The notes under the pieces: generated by a model
Databases searched by the model: none
The model's input: the letters and a program-made list of their open reading frames with translations, nothing else
Told to the model about the DNA's origin: nothing
Position numbers and translations under genes: made by a program
Shown: in pieces, positions 22,536 to 32,131 of the stretch
Layout of the letters: each line of letters starts with the position of its first letter
Position numbering within the stretch: position 1 is the first letter of the stretch
Source: Spirochaetota bacterium
Lineage (GTDB): Bacteria; Spirochaetota; UBA4802; UBA5550
Reading direction: 5' to 3'
DNA length: 64,000 nt
NCBI GenBank assembly: GCA_963664815.2
Contig: CAXXHB010000003.1
Location: 1,760,001 to 1,824,000 of the forward strand

Positions 22536-23655
22536 ATATTCAAAACTTATTATAACTGCAGTGCTAATAATAATTATTTTCCTGGGAATAAATTTTTATA
22601 AAAAGAGAAACAGGAATGTAATAGATGAAATTATAAGTATGAAGGATATGATTAATATACTGATTGCAGGGAGAAATGTTTATAATGACAATACATTTAA
22701 CTTTTTTGCCCTCATAACGATCAATCCGGTCAACAATAATATAGGTATCACATTTATACCCCCTGACTACCGTATAATGATGAATGATGATGGAACAAAA
22801 GTTAAAAAAATTTCAGAGCTGGATCTTTATTATTTCGACAGGATAAAATACACCCTGAAAAAGGACATTCAGATGAATGTACCCTTTTATGTAAAACTTT
22901 ATTCAACGGATGTAGTCAGGATAGTCGATATGATCGAGGGGATTGATCTGTTTTTTCTGGATAAAGCTGGAAATTCCCAGAAAAATAAGTTCGGATTGCA
23001 GTACCTGGATGGAGAGAAATGTGTTCAGTATATAAACAGTTCAGAGCAGAATTCCATATATATGAAGTATGACAGGATTCTCGATCTGATGCTTACACTC
23101 TATAATGATAGAGATGTAAGAAAAAAACTGTTCACTTATGAATTTATAGATGAAGTTTTCAGAAATATAAAAACAAATCTGATGCCACGGGAATTGTATT
23201 CAATCTCTGAAATAGTATCGAACAAAGGGAATGTAGATTCAACTTTGCTCCCCGGCGGATTTAATAATGGTTATTATGTTGTTGACGAGGTAAGCTATAC
23301 GACATACCAGCAGGAGTTTTTAAAAAGTCTTGTTGTTTCGACGGAATCTGAACCTAATGTGAAGATAAAGATACTCAACGGCACCAGTGTTCCGGGACTG
23401 GCCAGAAAACTCAGGAATGACCTCATCAGAGACGGCATGAATGTTGTGGAATTCGGAACTTCAAATTACCCGATAATATATGATTCAATAATAATCTGCA
23501 GAAAATCTGACACTAAATCTGTCAATAAAATTGCAGAAATGACCGGGATAGGAAAAATATATTTTGTAACTGACACAACACAGTTAAACAACATATTAAT
23601 AATTGTTGGTGAAGATATGGCAGGTGAAAAAATTGTCAAAAGTAAAACAAAATGA
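22525..23655 (+). CDS. LCP-like protein with LytR C-terminal domain
   Basis: TM anchor; IKILNGTSVPGLA and IIVGED; nadD-LytR-rsfS context. Confidence 0.8.
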   Translation: MNNKYSKLIITAVLIIIIFLGINFYKKRNRNVIDEIISMKDMINILIAGRNVYNDNTFNFFALITINPVNNNIGITFIPPDYRIMMNDDGTKVKKISELDLYYFDRIKYTLKKDIQMNVPFYVKLYSTDVVRIVDMIEGIDLFFLDKAGNSQKNKFGLQYLDGEKCVQYINSSEQNSIYMKYDRILDLMLTLYNDRDVRKKLFTYEFIDEVFRNIKTNLMPRELYSISEIVSNKGNVDSTLLPGGFNNGYYVVDEVSYTTYQQEFLKSLVVSTESEPNVKIKILNGTSVPGLARKLRNDLIRDGMNVVEFGTSNYPIIYDSIIICRKSDTKSVNKIAEMTGIGKIYFVTDTTQLNNILIIVGEDMAGEKIVKSKTK

Positions 23656-23992
23656 TGAAATTATAAAAATCGGCAAGGATTCGCTTGTACATCTTGATGA
23701 AAAAAAAGCATTGAATCCGGTATTCCTGGACCTGAGGAAGGTAAACAGCTACCTTGATTTTTTCCTTATCGCTACCGGTAATTCCCAGATACACTGTCGT
23801 GCTCTTGCCCGTGATATAGTCAGGTTTTTGAATGAAAAAGGCTTAAAAGAAAATGGTAAACATGAACTGAATTCGGAATGGATAATACTCGATTTTGGAA
23901 GTCTTATAGTACATATCTTTACCGAAGAGTTAAGGGCTTATTATCAGCTTGAAAAGCTGTGGGCTGATTCCGATAAAATAACTATTAATTAA
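23633..23992 (+). CDS. rsfS: Ribosome silencing factor
   Basis: DFFLIATGNS, WIILDFG and VHIF..R.YYQLEKLW; exact start uncertain. Confidence 0.93.
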   Translation: MSKVKQNDEIIKIGKDSLVHLDEKKALNPVFLDLRKVNSYLDFFLIATGNSQIHCRALARDIVRFLNEKGLKENGKHELNSEWIILDFGSLIVHIFTEELRAYYQLEKLWADSDKITIN

Positions 23993-24003
23993 AGGTGTAT
24001 ATT

Positions 24004-24396
24004 ATGAGTGATGCAGGAACACAGAAAGATATAACCGAGGTTTTAAAAGCGGCAGCAACTGACAATAAAATAGCCTGTTCAAGGGTTTTTGATCTTGTCA
24101 GGGAGAACTCATTTTTCCCGGATATTGCAGGTATAGCAATGGATGAGAATAAAATTAAGATTACGGTCTGTCAGCTCGGATTATTCGGATATCCGGAGGG
24201 GAAAAAAATTCCTGTCTGTGATAAGGTTTCAGAGAAGCTTGAAGATATTATATATGATAATCTTGATTCCGGTAAACTCCCATGTGCTGCAGCATGGAGT
24301 ATTGCTGAAAAAATGAAAATGAAGAAACCGGATGTTGCAGCAGCATGTGAGAAATTTGGTATTAAGATTAATAAATGCCAGCTGGGAGCTTTCTGA
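24004..24396 (+). CDS. Conserved hypothetical protein with internal duplication
   Basis: Two repeats ending CQLGLF and CQLGAF. Confidence 0.75.
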   Translation: MSDAGTQKDITEVLKAAATDNKIACSRVFDLVRENSFFPDIAGIAMDENKIKITVCQLGLFGYPEGKKIPVCDKVSEKLEDIIYDNLDSGKLPCAAAWSIAEKMKMKKPDVAAACEKFGIKINKCQLGAF

Positions 24397-24634
24397 AAAT
24401 TCCCATTTTTTGTTTTTTTATCTGATTTTTTTTTGAAATAAGAGATCTTTTAAGTGATTATTCCCCCCTGCTGTATATATTATATTCAGTATCTGTTCCT
24501 TTACCATCTTAAATATAAAATGTTCCTTTCAGCCAGCCGCCTGTGGCGTTGTGGTGAAAAGTATATGTTTTATAAGTTAAAATTCATGTTAAGGAATAAT
24601 TGCTGATAATAAAAAACAAATCAGGGGGGGCACG

Positions 24635-24883
24635 ATGAAAAAGATATCAACCTTTTTCTCTGTTTTTATAGCTGTATTTTTACTGGGAATCTCTGTTGAA
24701 ATCAGTTTCCTGTCGGCAGCTGAGGATGTATATCAGCAGAAATGTGCAAAATGTCATTCATTGCGTAATCCTGATAACTACACAAAAGATGAATGGAAAT
24801 ACAATGTTGAAAGAATGTCCGGGAGGGCGGGACTTACCGCGCAGGAAACTCAAAGTATAACAGATCTTAATAAAAAGAAATAA
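24635..24883 (+). CDS. Small exported mono-haem c-type cytochrome
   Basis: Signal peptide; CAKCH; WKYNVERM. Confidence 0.8.
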   Translation: MKKISTFFSVFIAVFLLGISVEISFLSAAEDVYQQKCAKCHSLRNPDNYTKDEWKYNVERMSGRAGLTAQETQSITDLNKKK

Positions 24884-26242
24884 TCAGTCTGAAGTAAACC
24901 TGCTCACAGTGAATATGACCATTACTACTGCCGGGAATATATATACCAGCAGGTGGTCGTACATCAGGACTTTAAACGCAATCGCCGCAGTTCCGCCGGT
25001 GATAATACCGGCCATTGCACCCCGGTGATTTAATCCGAGCCTTTCCCTGTAAAATCCGAAAATAACCGGCAAAACGATACCGGCAGTGTAGACAGTCAGC
25101 GCAAGGAGAAGCGATTTTATAATACCGTTAATATACAGAGCTATCAACAGGGAGCAGATACCGTAAAAAATTATAATTTTTTTTGTCATAAATAATTTAT
25201 GCATATCATCGAGACTGTTTTTGAATATAACAGGATTGAGAATATCATTGGTCAGTATTATCCCTGAGGTAAGCAGGCAGGTCGCAGCTGTTGAAAGGAA
25301 TGCTGCCAGTAGAGCTGTGAATACAACTCCCTGGAATGCCGCAGGAGTTGCATTTATTATAAGATACTGGAATGAAGTTTCAGGTTCAATCCCTGGAGCT
25401 ATCATTCTTGAATACAGGCCGATTGTAACAATCATTACTGCAAGTAATGCGATTGCCGATGCTGCAATAAAAACAGATTTCTGAGCCGATCTTTTATCTC
25501 TGGCTGAGAGTATTCTTGAATACATGTCCGGTCCGGCAAGAAATGAGGTTCCTACAAACATAAAGAACATCAGTATTTCAATATAACCAAGTTTCTGATT
25601 AAATGGGAAATCGAGATGTCCTGCCGGCAGGAGTGCAGCCGACAGGGGGCCGTATTTTATAAAAGCGGAAGACACGGCGACAATTATCCCGGTGAAAATA
25701 AGCAGAGACTGAAAAATGTCTGTACTTATTACAGAATTCTGCCCGCCAAGAACAGTATAAATGATAAAGATTACCGCACAGAAAATTATATAAAAATGAT
25801 AATGGCCGGGCCAGATTATATTCATAATCTTTCCTGCTGCAATAATCTGTGCAGCTATAACACCTGTCCAGGCGGAAACAATTACCAGGGAAGAGATAAT
25901 TTTTACCGATGAATTTCCATATTGCTTTTCAAGTACCTCAGGGAGTGTGTAAACTTCATAATCCCTTACCTTCCCTGCCCAGAAAATTCCAAATACAATT
26001 AATGCTATGGAGCCGCTGAAGAGCCACCAGACCGCAGGGGCGCCCTTCGCATATGCGATTCCTGACAATCCTATGGTGGCTGATCCGCCTATTGCAGTTG
26101 CTACAATTGAGCCTGAAACGGCAAATGCAGACCTGGAACGGCCGCTTACATAGTAGTTCAGAATATCCGGGATTTTCCCTCTTTTCATTATTCCGATGGT
26201 AAAGGTTACCAGAAGAAATCCGATTGTAATGCCAAGGTTCAA
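24884..26242 (-). CDS. Sodium:solute symporter (SSS) family protein, candidate biotin transporter
   Basis: YYVSGRS, ATAIGGSATIG, YTLPEVL, GGQNSVISTD and AAFLSTA; TTG start with AGGAG RBS overlapping the birA stop. Confidence 0.88.
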   Translation of the reverse strand: MNLGITIGFLLVTFTIGIMKRGKIPDILNYYVSGRSRSAFAVSGSIVATAIGGSATIGLSGIAYAKGAPAVWWLFSGSIALIVFGIFWAGKVRDYEVYTLPEVLEKQYGNSSVKIISSLVIVSAWTGVIAAQIIAAGKIMNIIWPGHYHFYIIFCAVIFIIYTVLGGQNSVISTDIFQSLLIFTGIIVAVSSAFIKYGPLSAALLPAGHLDFPFNQKLGYIEILMFFMFVGTSFLAGPDMYSRILSARDKRSAQKSVFIAASAIALLAVMIVTIGLYSRMIAPGIEPETSFQYLIINATPAAFQGVVFTALLAAFLSTAATCLLTSGIILTNDILNPVIFKNSLDDMHKLFMTKKIIIFYGICSLLIALYINGIIKSLLLALTVYTAGIVLPVIFGFYRERLGLNHRGAMAGIITGGTAAIAFKVLMYDHLLVYIFPAVVMVIFTVSRFTSD

Positions 26243-26252
26243 GAGCAGACTC

Positions 26253-27227
26253 CTATAAATAATTAATATCACCTGAATTGACCTGGCGGATACCATTCTC
26301 AGTTTTTACAACAAGGTTTCCGTCAGGAGTAACACCGGTTACTAACCCGGTGAAAACATCATCAAAATTAATAACGTTTATTTTACGGTTGATGATGGAT
26401 GATTTCTCTATCCATTTATCAAGGATCTCCGGGAAATGGCCGTCTAAAAAAAGCCGATAGTTTTTTTCAAAATTAAAAAGAAGCATGTTCAAAAACATTA
26501 TCCTGTCTGTTTCACTCCCGGTTATCTCTTTAAATGAAGTAACCGATTCTCTGATTTCTGAAGGGTAGTCTTCAGGCGAAATATTGAGGTTTATACCCAA
26601 TCCGATAATTATGAAATCTATGGAATCACAATCGGCTTTCATCTCTGTTAAAATGCCTGAAAGCTTTTTACCTCCGGAGAGTATATCATTGGGCCATTTA
26701 ATCATGTGACCTGATGCTCCGAGAGAATCAAGAGTCTCTGAAAGAGCCACGGCGGTTACCAGTGTAAGCCTTGGGGCATTGATGGTTGGTATCTGCGGGC
26801 GCAGGATTAATGATAAATACAGGTTTTTACCCGGTGGGGATACCCATTTACGGCCAAGTCTTCCCTTGCCGCCGGTCTGGCTCTCTGCGATAACAATTGT
26901 ACCTTCAGGCGCGCCGTTGGATGCCATTTTAAACGCCTGTATGTTTGAAGAATCTGTCTCTTCAAATATATGGATGTCTCTGCATCCGAAGATCTCTGTG
27001 TTCAGTTTTCTTCTGATTTCAAATTCGCTGAATGTATTTTTTCGCGAAACAAGCCTGTGGCCGTGTCTGCTTGATGATTCAATTTCGTAACCCGATTCCC
27101 TGAGAAGATTTATGTACTTCCATACTGCAGTTCTGCTTATTCCAAGAATGCGGCTTATTTCTTCGCCGGAAAGCCAGTCTGAGGGGTTTTTATAAAGGAG
27201 TTCCAGTATATGATTTTTTCTTTCCAT
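26253..27227 (-). CDS. birA: Bifunctional biotin ligase/repressor
   Basis: HTH SGEEISRILGISRTAVWK; QTGGKGRLGRKW, KWPND and KLSGIL. Confidence 0.95.
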   Translation of the reverse strand: MERKNHILELLYKNPSDWLSGEEISRILGISRTAVWKYINLLRESGYEIESSSRHGHRLVSRKNTFSEFEIRRKLNTEIFGCRDIHIFEETDSSNIQAFKMASNGAPEGTIVIAESQTGGKGRLGRKWVSPPGKNLYLSLILRPQIPTINAPRLTLVTAVALSETLDSLGASGHMIKWPNDILSGGKKLSGILTEMKADCDSIDFIIIGLGINLNISPEDYPSEIRESVTSFKEITGSETDRIMFLNMLLFNFEKNYRLFLDGHFPEILDKWIEKSSIINRKINVINFDDVFTGLVTGVTPDGNLVVKTENGIRQVNSGDINYL

Positions 27228-27255
27228 TCCTGTTACCGGAAATAAAGAATGGAAT

Positions 27256-27289
27256 ATTGTCAACCTATTAATTTATATGGGTTGACAAT
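27256..27289. promoter_or_regulatory. BirA-type operator
   Basis: ATTGTCAACC-N14-GGTTGACAAT perfect inverted repeat immediately upstream of birA, matching the known BirA operator geometry. Confidence 0.85.
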
Positions 27290-27293
27290 GAGA

Positions 27294-27458
27294 CTATCTT
27301 ATTTTTTCATCTGTTTTTATTTCAATATCTTTGAAGTCGAACTGCAGCTGTTTCCTGTTTTTAAACTCCTCCTGTTTCCCTTTATTCCATTGTGAAACAG
27401 GTCTGAAATATCCGGATACTCTTGAATAGACTTCCATGGGTATTATGGTTTTTTTCAT
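27294..27458 (-). CDS. Stand-alone NrdD C-terminal glycyl-radical domain (54 aa)
   Basis: EVYSRVSGYFRPVSQWNKGKQEEF; GGAGG RBS before ATG 27458. Confidence 0.85.
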   Translation of the reverse strand: MKKTIIPMEVYSRVSGYFRPVSQWNKGKQEEFKNRKQLQFDFKDIEIKTDEKIR

Positions 27459-27722
27459 GGGATTACCTCCGTGTATAAACAATATAAATTTATGTAAAAA
27501 ATATGTCAACATAAATGTAGTATACATGTGTTTATGCTTATAAAAATTATTTATTTCTATGTTAATTCCTTACATTGTTTTAGTATAAACAAACGATTAA
27601 ATCTCACTGCCGCTTTCGCAGCGATGAAAACAGAGCATTTTCTATAATAAAAAATTTAAGAATCGCCATTATATCTGCTTTCATCCCGATTATGCAAGTG
27701 ATATATTTTTTAGATGTACAAA

Positions 27723-27739
27723 ATTAACAAAATGTTAAT
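27723..27739. promoter_or_regulatory. Palindromic candidate operator upstream of the Fe-S gene
   Basis: ATTAACA-AAA-TGTTAAT. Confidence 0.3.
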
Positions 27740-27824
27740 ACTATGGTCAAAATCAGTAAAAAAAAGAAGATAATGTTTAACAATTAATTCAGAAAATAAA
27801 TATAACAGGAAAGATTGAATATTA

Positions 27825-28961
27825 ATGATAAATGAAGAAAATTTATACCGGGAGCTGCAGATTCACCTTGATAAACTTCCGGTAGGTTATCCCGCAACCA
27901 GGTCGGGAGTGGAGCTGGAATTGCTGAAATATTTTTTTGATACAGAAGAGGCAAAGGCCGCATTATCCCTGGGGCTTACAATTTCGCCGCTATGGCGTAT
28001 CCGGAGACGCTACAGAAAGATGTTCGGGAGTGAAATAGAACCGGGAAAAATTAGGGCCATTCTCGACGGACTGTATATGAAGGGATCAATAAGGAGGAGT
28101 GACAAGGCTCCATATGGTTATGCCAATGCATTTCTTGCCATAGGGATGTTTGAATTTCATGTTGATGACCTTACGCCGGAACTGATTAATTTACTTCACA
28201 GGTATTATGATGAAGGATTTCAGGATGAGTTTTTCAGGGCGCTTCTCCCGCAGCTCCGCACAAGCCCGCATATGAAGGCAATAGTCCCGGAGCACAGAAT
28301 TGATACATATGACAATATGCGCGCCTATGTAAAGAACACGAAAGAGATTATCGGTGTGGCAAACTGCGTATGCAAACAGGGTGAGGCCATCATTGGAGAG
28401 AAGTGTAAGGTAACAGGGGACGATATTGAGATATGCATATTCTTCGGTGAGGGGAACTATCTCGACAGGAACAGGGGGAGGGTAATTACAAAGGATGAGT
28501 GTCTTGCCCTGCTTGATAAAGCCGAGGATAAAGGGCTGGTTTTACAGCCGGGGAACTCACTTCAGGCATTCTGCATCTGTCTCTGCTGCGGCTGCTGCTG
28601 CGGAGTTCTAACCAGCGCGAAGAAATTTGAAAAACCGGCTGAACTTTTCGCCACAAACTATTATGCTGAAATTGATTATGATAACTGCACCGGCTGCGGG
28701 GTATGTATAAAGCGGTGTCAGATGGATGCAATTAAGAGAACTGATAAACGAAGGGTTGAACTCAACTACGACAGGTGTATCGGCTGCGGACTATGCGTTA
28801 CAAAATGCCCGAAGAATGGGGTAAATTTACGCAGGAAGAGTAAAAAAACAAAGCCCCCTGCAAATATTGAACTTTTATACCTTACAATATTAAAAAGAAA
28901 GGCTGGTAAAAAGAAAATGATAATCTACCTGTTAAAACTGATGTTAGGAATGCCTTTATAA
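27825..28961 (+). CDS. 4Fe-4S dicluster-binding protein
   Basis: CICLCCGCCC, CTGCGVCIKRC and CIGCGLCVTKC. Confidence 0.88.
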   Translation: MINEENLYRELQIHLDKLPVGYPATRSGVELELLKYFFDTEEAKAALSLGLTISPLWRIRRRYRKMFGSEIEPGKIRAILDGLYMKGSIRRSDKAPYGYANAFLAIGMFEFHVDDLTPELINLLHRYYDEGFQDEFFRALLPQLRTSPHMKAIVPEHRIDTYDNMRAYVKNTKEIIGVANCVCKQGEAIIGEKCKVTGDDIEICIFFGEGNYLDRNRGRVITKDECLALLDKAEDKGLVLQPGNSLQAFCICLCCGCCCGVLTSAKKFEKPAELFATNYYAEIDYDNCTGCGVCIKRCQMDAIKRTDKRRVELNYDRCIGCGLCVTKCPKNGVNLRRKSKKTKPPANIELLYLTILKRKAGKKKMIIYLLKLMLGMPL

Positions 28962-29252
28962 AACGGCCGCTGCCTTATAAATTGAACGATTAGTTAAACA
29001 GACTGAATAAATATTTAAAAAAAACAGATGAATTTATAAGATTTCAACAATAGGCTTGACACCAACAGACGAAGTTTTAATTTATCAGCGTAATTTCATT
29101 TTTTAGCAAAGATTTTACAAAAAATAATTACAAAAACAAATATAAGTCAGTAAAAGAGATAAAGGCAGAATCAGCATGAAAAAAACAGACAGACAATTCT
29201 ACCTTTTTTTGTATATACTCATTTGCTGAATAAAATAATTACGGGGGCAATT

Positions 29253-31124
29253 ATGCTTAATCCAATAGTTGACACAAGGGATGTAAAATTCGTATTGTTC
29301 GAAATGCTGGAGATCGATGATCTGCTTAAATTACCGATGTATGCAGAGTTCGATCATGATACATTTGAGGCTACAATTGATCTGGCGGAACAGATTTCTG
29401 TTGATATGATCTACCCGACCGGTGAAGAGGGGGACAAGGTAGGTGCAAAATGGGACCCTGCAACAAAACAGGTTAAACTCCCTGATGGGTATCGTCCGGC
29501 GCTTGATGCATTTTATGAAGCCGGTTTCATGGGCTTTTTCGATGAGCAGAAACATGGCGGAATGGGCCTTCCTTTTACGATAGGATTCGGAGCCACAGAA
29601 TATGTGCTGGCGTGTAACTACGGTTTATGGATGTATACAGGACTCTCTCACGGCTGCATGGAACTCATCTATGAATTCGGTACAGAGGAGCAGCATAAAC
29701 TGTATGCCGATAAAATTATGTCCGGCGAATGGGGCGGGACAATGTGTCTCACAGAGGCTGATGCCGGATCCGATGTAGGTGCCCTTAAGACAAAAGCTGT
29801 AAAACAGCCTGACGGCACATATAAAATCACAGGTCAGAAGATATTCATCTCCGCCGGTGAAAATGATTACTTTGACAACATGATTCACCCCGTCCTTGCA
29901 AGAATCGAGGGGGATCCTAAGGGTACAAAGGGTATTTCAATATTCATAGTTCCCAAATACAGGCTCAAGGCTGACGGTACAAAGGGTGAGTTCAATGATG
30001 TGGTATGTACCGGGATTGAACATAAAATGGGCCTTCATGGGCAGGCGACATCACAGCTTGCATTCGGTGACAGCGGCAACTGTACAGGATATCTTCTCGG
30101 GGAGGAGCGCCAGGGTATGAAGATCATGTTCAAGATGATGAACTTTGCCCGTATGCTCACAGGCTTCCAGGGTCATTCAAATGCCTCGGCCGCATACATG
30201 CAGGCGGCGACATACGCCAAGAACAGGGTGCAGGGGCAGGATGTAACACAGATGATGAACCCAGACGCCCCCTCTGTAACTATCAGCCACCACCCCGACG
30301 TTAAGAGAATGCTCCTCTGGATGAAGTCGCATCTTGAGGGGCAGAGAGCGCTTATGCACTTTCTGTATAAACAGCAGGATTTATACCGTGCCTCTGAAGA
30401 TGAAAAGGTTAAAAATGAGGCCTTTGCACTGATTGAAATTCTTGTGCCGATATGCAAGGCGGGATTCACCGACAAGGGTGTGGATATATGCTCCATGGCA
30501 ATGCAGACATACGGCGGGTACGGATACTGCAAGGATTATCCGATAGCAAGGTACATGACCGATTCAAAGATCCTTACAATCTGGGAAGGGACAAACGGCA
30601 TACAGGCTATGGACCTTGTTATGAGAAAGATTCTCATGAACAAAAACCAGTATAACTACAGTATACTGAGCAGGAACATGCATGAGACTGTTGACCGGGC
30701 TAAAGGTATAGTTGACGAAAAGTATCTCAATCTGTTTGATGAGTCAATAAAAGAGATGGATTCACTTATAGAATTTTTTAAGCAGTCTATGGCCGGAGGG
30801 AAATTCCTTAATATATTCGCACAGGCATATCCCCTCCTTGAAGCGCTGTATGTTGTGGCGCTGGGATGGTGTCACCTCTGGAGCCTGACATTAACTCAGC
30901 CTAAAATGCAGGCGCTTGTGGGTGACCTTAAAGGTGCGGAAAGGGAGAAATTCCTTGATGACAACTCCGAAGCGGCATTTTATACCGGGAAAGTCCTGTC
31001 ATCGCAGTTTTTCCTCGGGAATGAGCTTCCCAAGTTCTTCGGGCGTTCAAAGGCAATCATGTTTAATGAAAGCGCAACAATCAAAGCAACAGATGCGATC
31101 TTCACAGGAATGCTGCGTGAGTAG
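29253..31124 (+). CDS. Acyl-CoA dehydrogenase
   Basis: GTMCLTE..AGSDVG, GQKIFIS, IEHKMG, GGYGY and IWEGTNGIQAMDL. Confidence 0.95.
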   Translation: MLNPIVDTRDVKFVLFEMLEIDDLLKLPMYAEFDHDTFEATIDLAEQISVDMIYPTGEEGDKVGAKWDPATKQVKLPDGYRPALDAFYEAGFMGFFDEQKHGGMGLPFTIGFGATEYVLACNYGLWMYTGLSHGCMELIYEFGTEEQHKLYADKIMSGEWGGTMCLTEADAGSDVGALKTKAVKQPDGTYKITGQKIFISAGENDYFDNMIHPVLARIEGDPKGTKGISIFIVPKYRLKADGTKGEFNDVVCTGIEHKMGLHGQATSQLAFGDSGNCTGYLLGEERQGMKIMFKMMNFARMLTGFQGHSNASAAYMQAATYAKNRVQGQDVTQMMNPDAPSVTISHHPDVKRMLLWMKSHLEGQRALMHFLYKQQDLYRASEDEKVKNEAFALIEILVPICKAGFTDKGVDICSMAMQTYGGYGYCKDYPIARYMTDSKILTIWEGTNGIQAMDLVMRKILMNKNQYNYSILSRNMHETVDRAKGIVDEKYLNLFDESIKEMDSLIEFFKQSMAGGKFLNIFAQAYPLLEALYVVALGWCHLWSLTLTQPKMQALVGDLKGAEREKFLDDNSEAAFYTGKVLSSQFFLGNELPKFFGRSKAIMFNESATIKATDAIFTGMLRE

Positions 31125-31160
31125 TGATCACGATTCGGGCGTATCTTTAATAAACGAAAT

Positions 31161-31199
31161 AATAAAAAAGGCTGTTCCGGAAGGGCAGCCTTTTTTATT
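31161..31199. terminator. Bidirectional rho-independent terminator
   Basis: AATAAAAAAGGCTGTTC-CGGAA-GGGCAGCCTTTTTTATT between convergent genes. Confidence 0.85.
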
Positions 31200-31250
31200 A
31201 TATAGCCATTAAATATTCTAATATCTCCGCTGGCGGCGGAGAGATACCCG

Positions 31251-31949
31251 CTACTTTTTCAGCGATGCTCCGCAGGATTTACAGACAGTTGCAGTGGCAA
31301 CATTGAGTGTGCCGCAGTATCCGCATTTAACGGGCTGAGCAGCTTCATTTTTCTTTTTATCCGCAGCGGCTTTATCAGCTGTTAACTGGTCTGTCTTCTT
31401 TTTCTCAAGGTTTTCCCTGTCCCTGACTCTGGAAATTATTCTGTCAAGGTTTGAAACCGCAGTTTTAAGGTCCGACAGGACAAGTCCGGAAAGAGCGTCT
31501 GCATCAATTTTGCTGTTTACTGGATTTTTAAGCTTCATTTCAGAATCGTAGACAATTCTTTCAGCGTCACTTATTAACTGGTTTGAACTCATCATCTCGT
31601 TATAATCAAGTTTAAGTCCCCGTGCCTCGGTAGTCTTGGTACGGACTGAATATTTTAATGTTTTTATCTCTTTAAGGTTTCTTACAAAAGCGGAATTGAG
31701 AAGAGCGTTGGCGTCTGACATCTTCTGAATTTTCATCTTTTCATCAGAAATTGAAACAGCTTCATTCATTGCGGTTTCAGCATTTTTTATCTGCTCGTTC
31801 AGAACATTTGAGAATGAAGGATATTCATATTTCAGTTCATTGGCTTCCCTCATGTTTAAATCCCACGACTTTTTTTCCGATTCGACGGTTTTTTTACATG
31901 ATGCGAAGAGTACAAGAGATGCAACAAGCAGCAGAGAAATTTTTTTCAT
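31251..31949 (-). CDS. Coiled-coil lipoprotein with C-terminal zinc ribbon
   Basis: LFASC lipobox; CGYC...CKSC. Confidence 0.75.
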   Translation of the reverse strand: MKKISLLLVASLVLFASCKKTVESEKKSWDLNMREANELKYEYPSFSNVLNEQIKNAETAMNEAVSISDEKMKIQKMSDANALLNSAFVRNLKEIKTLKYSVRTKTTEARGLKLDYNEMMSSNQLISDAERIVYDSEMKLKNPVNSKIDADALSGLVLSDLKTAVSNLDRIISRVRDRENLEKKKTDQLTADKAAADKKKNEAAQPVKCGYCGTLNVATATVCKSCGASLKK

Positions 31950-32131
31950 AGTTTACCTCATCTGGAATAGTATTAATAGATTATATAACAAATATTTATG
32001 TGAAAAACAACACAAAAATATTTAAAATATCCGTCATGAGCGGATTTGTTTTAAAGATTTGACATGGGGGATACATAGAAGACCTTTGTACTGTTTATAC
32101 TGCCGCATCAGTTCTGTCTCAGGAGAATAAT

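Noticed and set aside
24525-24562. Riboswitch upstream of the cytochrome c gene
   Set aside because: A single imperfect hairpin with no recognisable aptamer consensus.
27470-27530. NrdR boxes upstream of the mini-NrdD gene
   Set aside because: Only a partial match in very AT-rich DNA.
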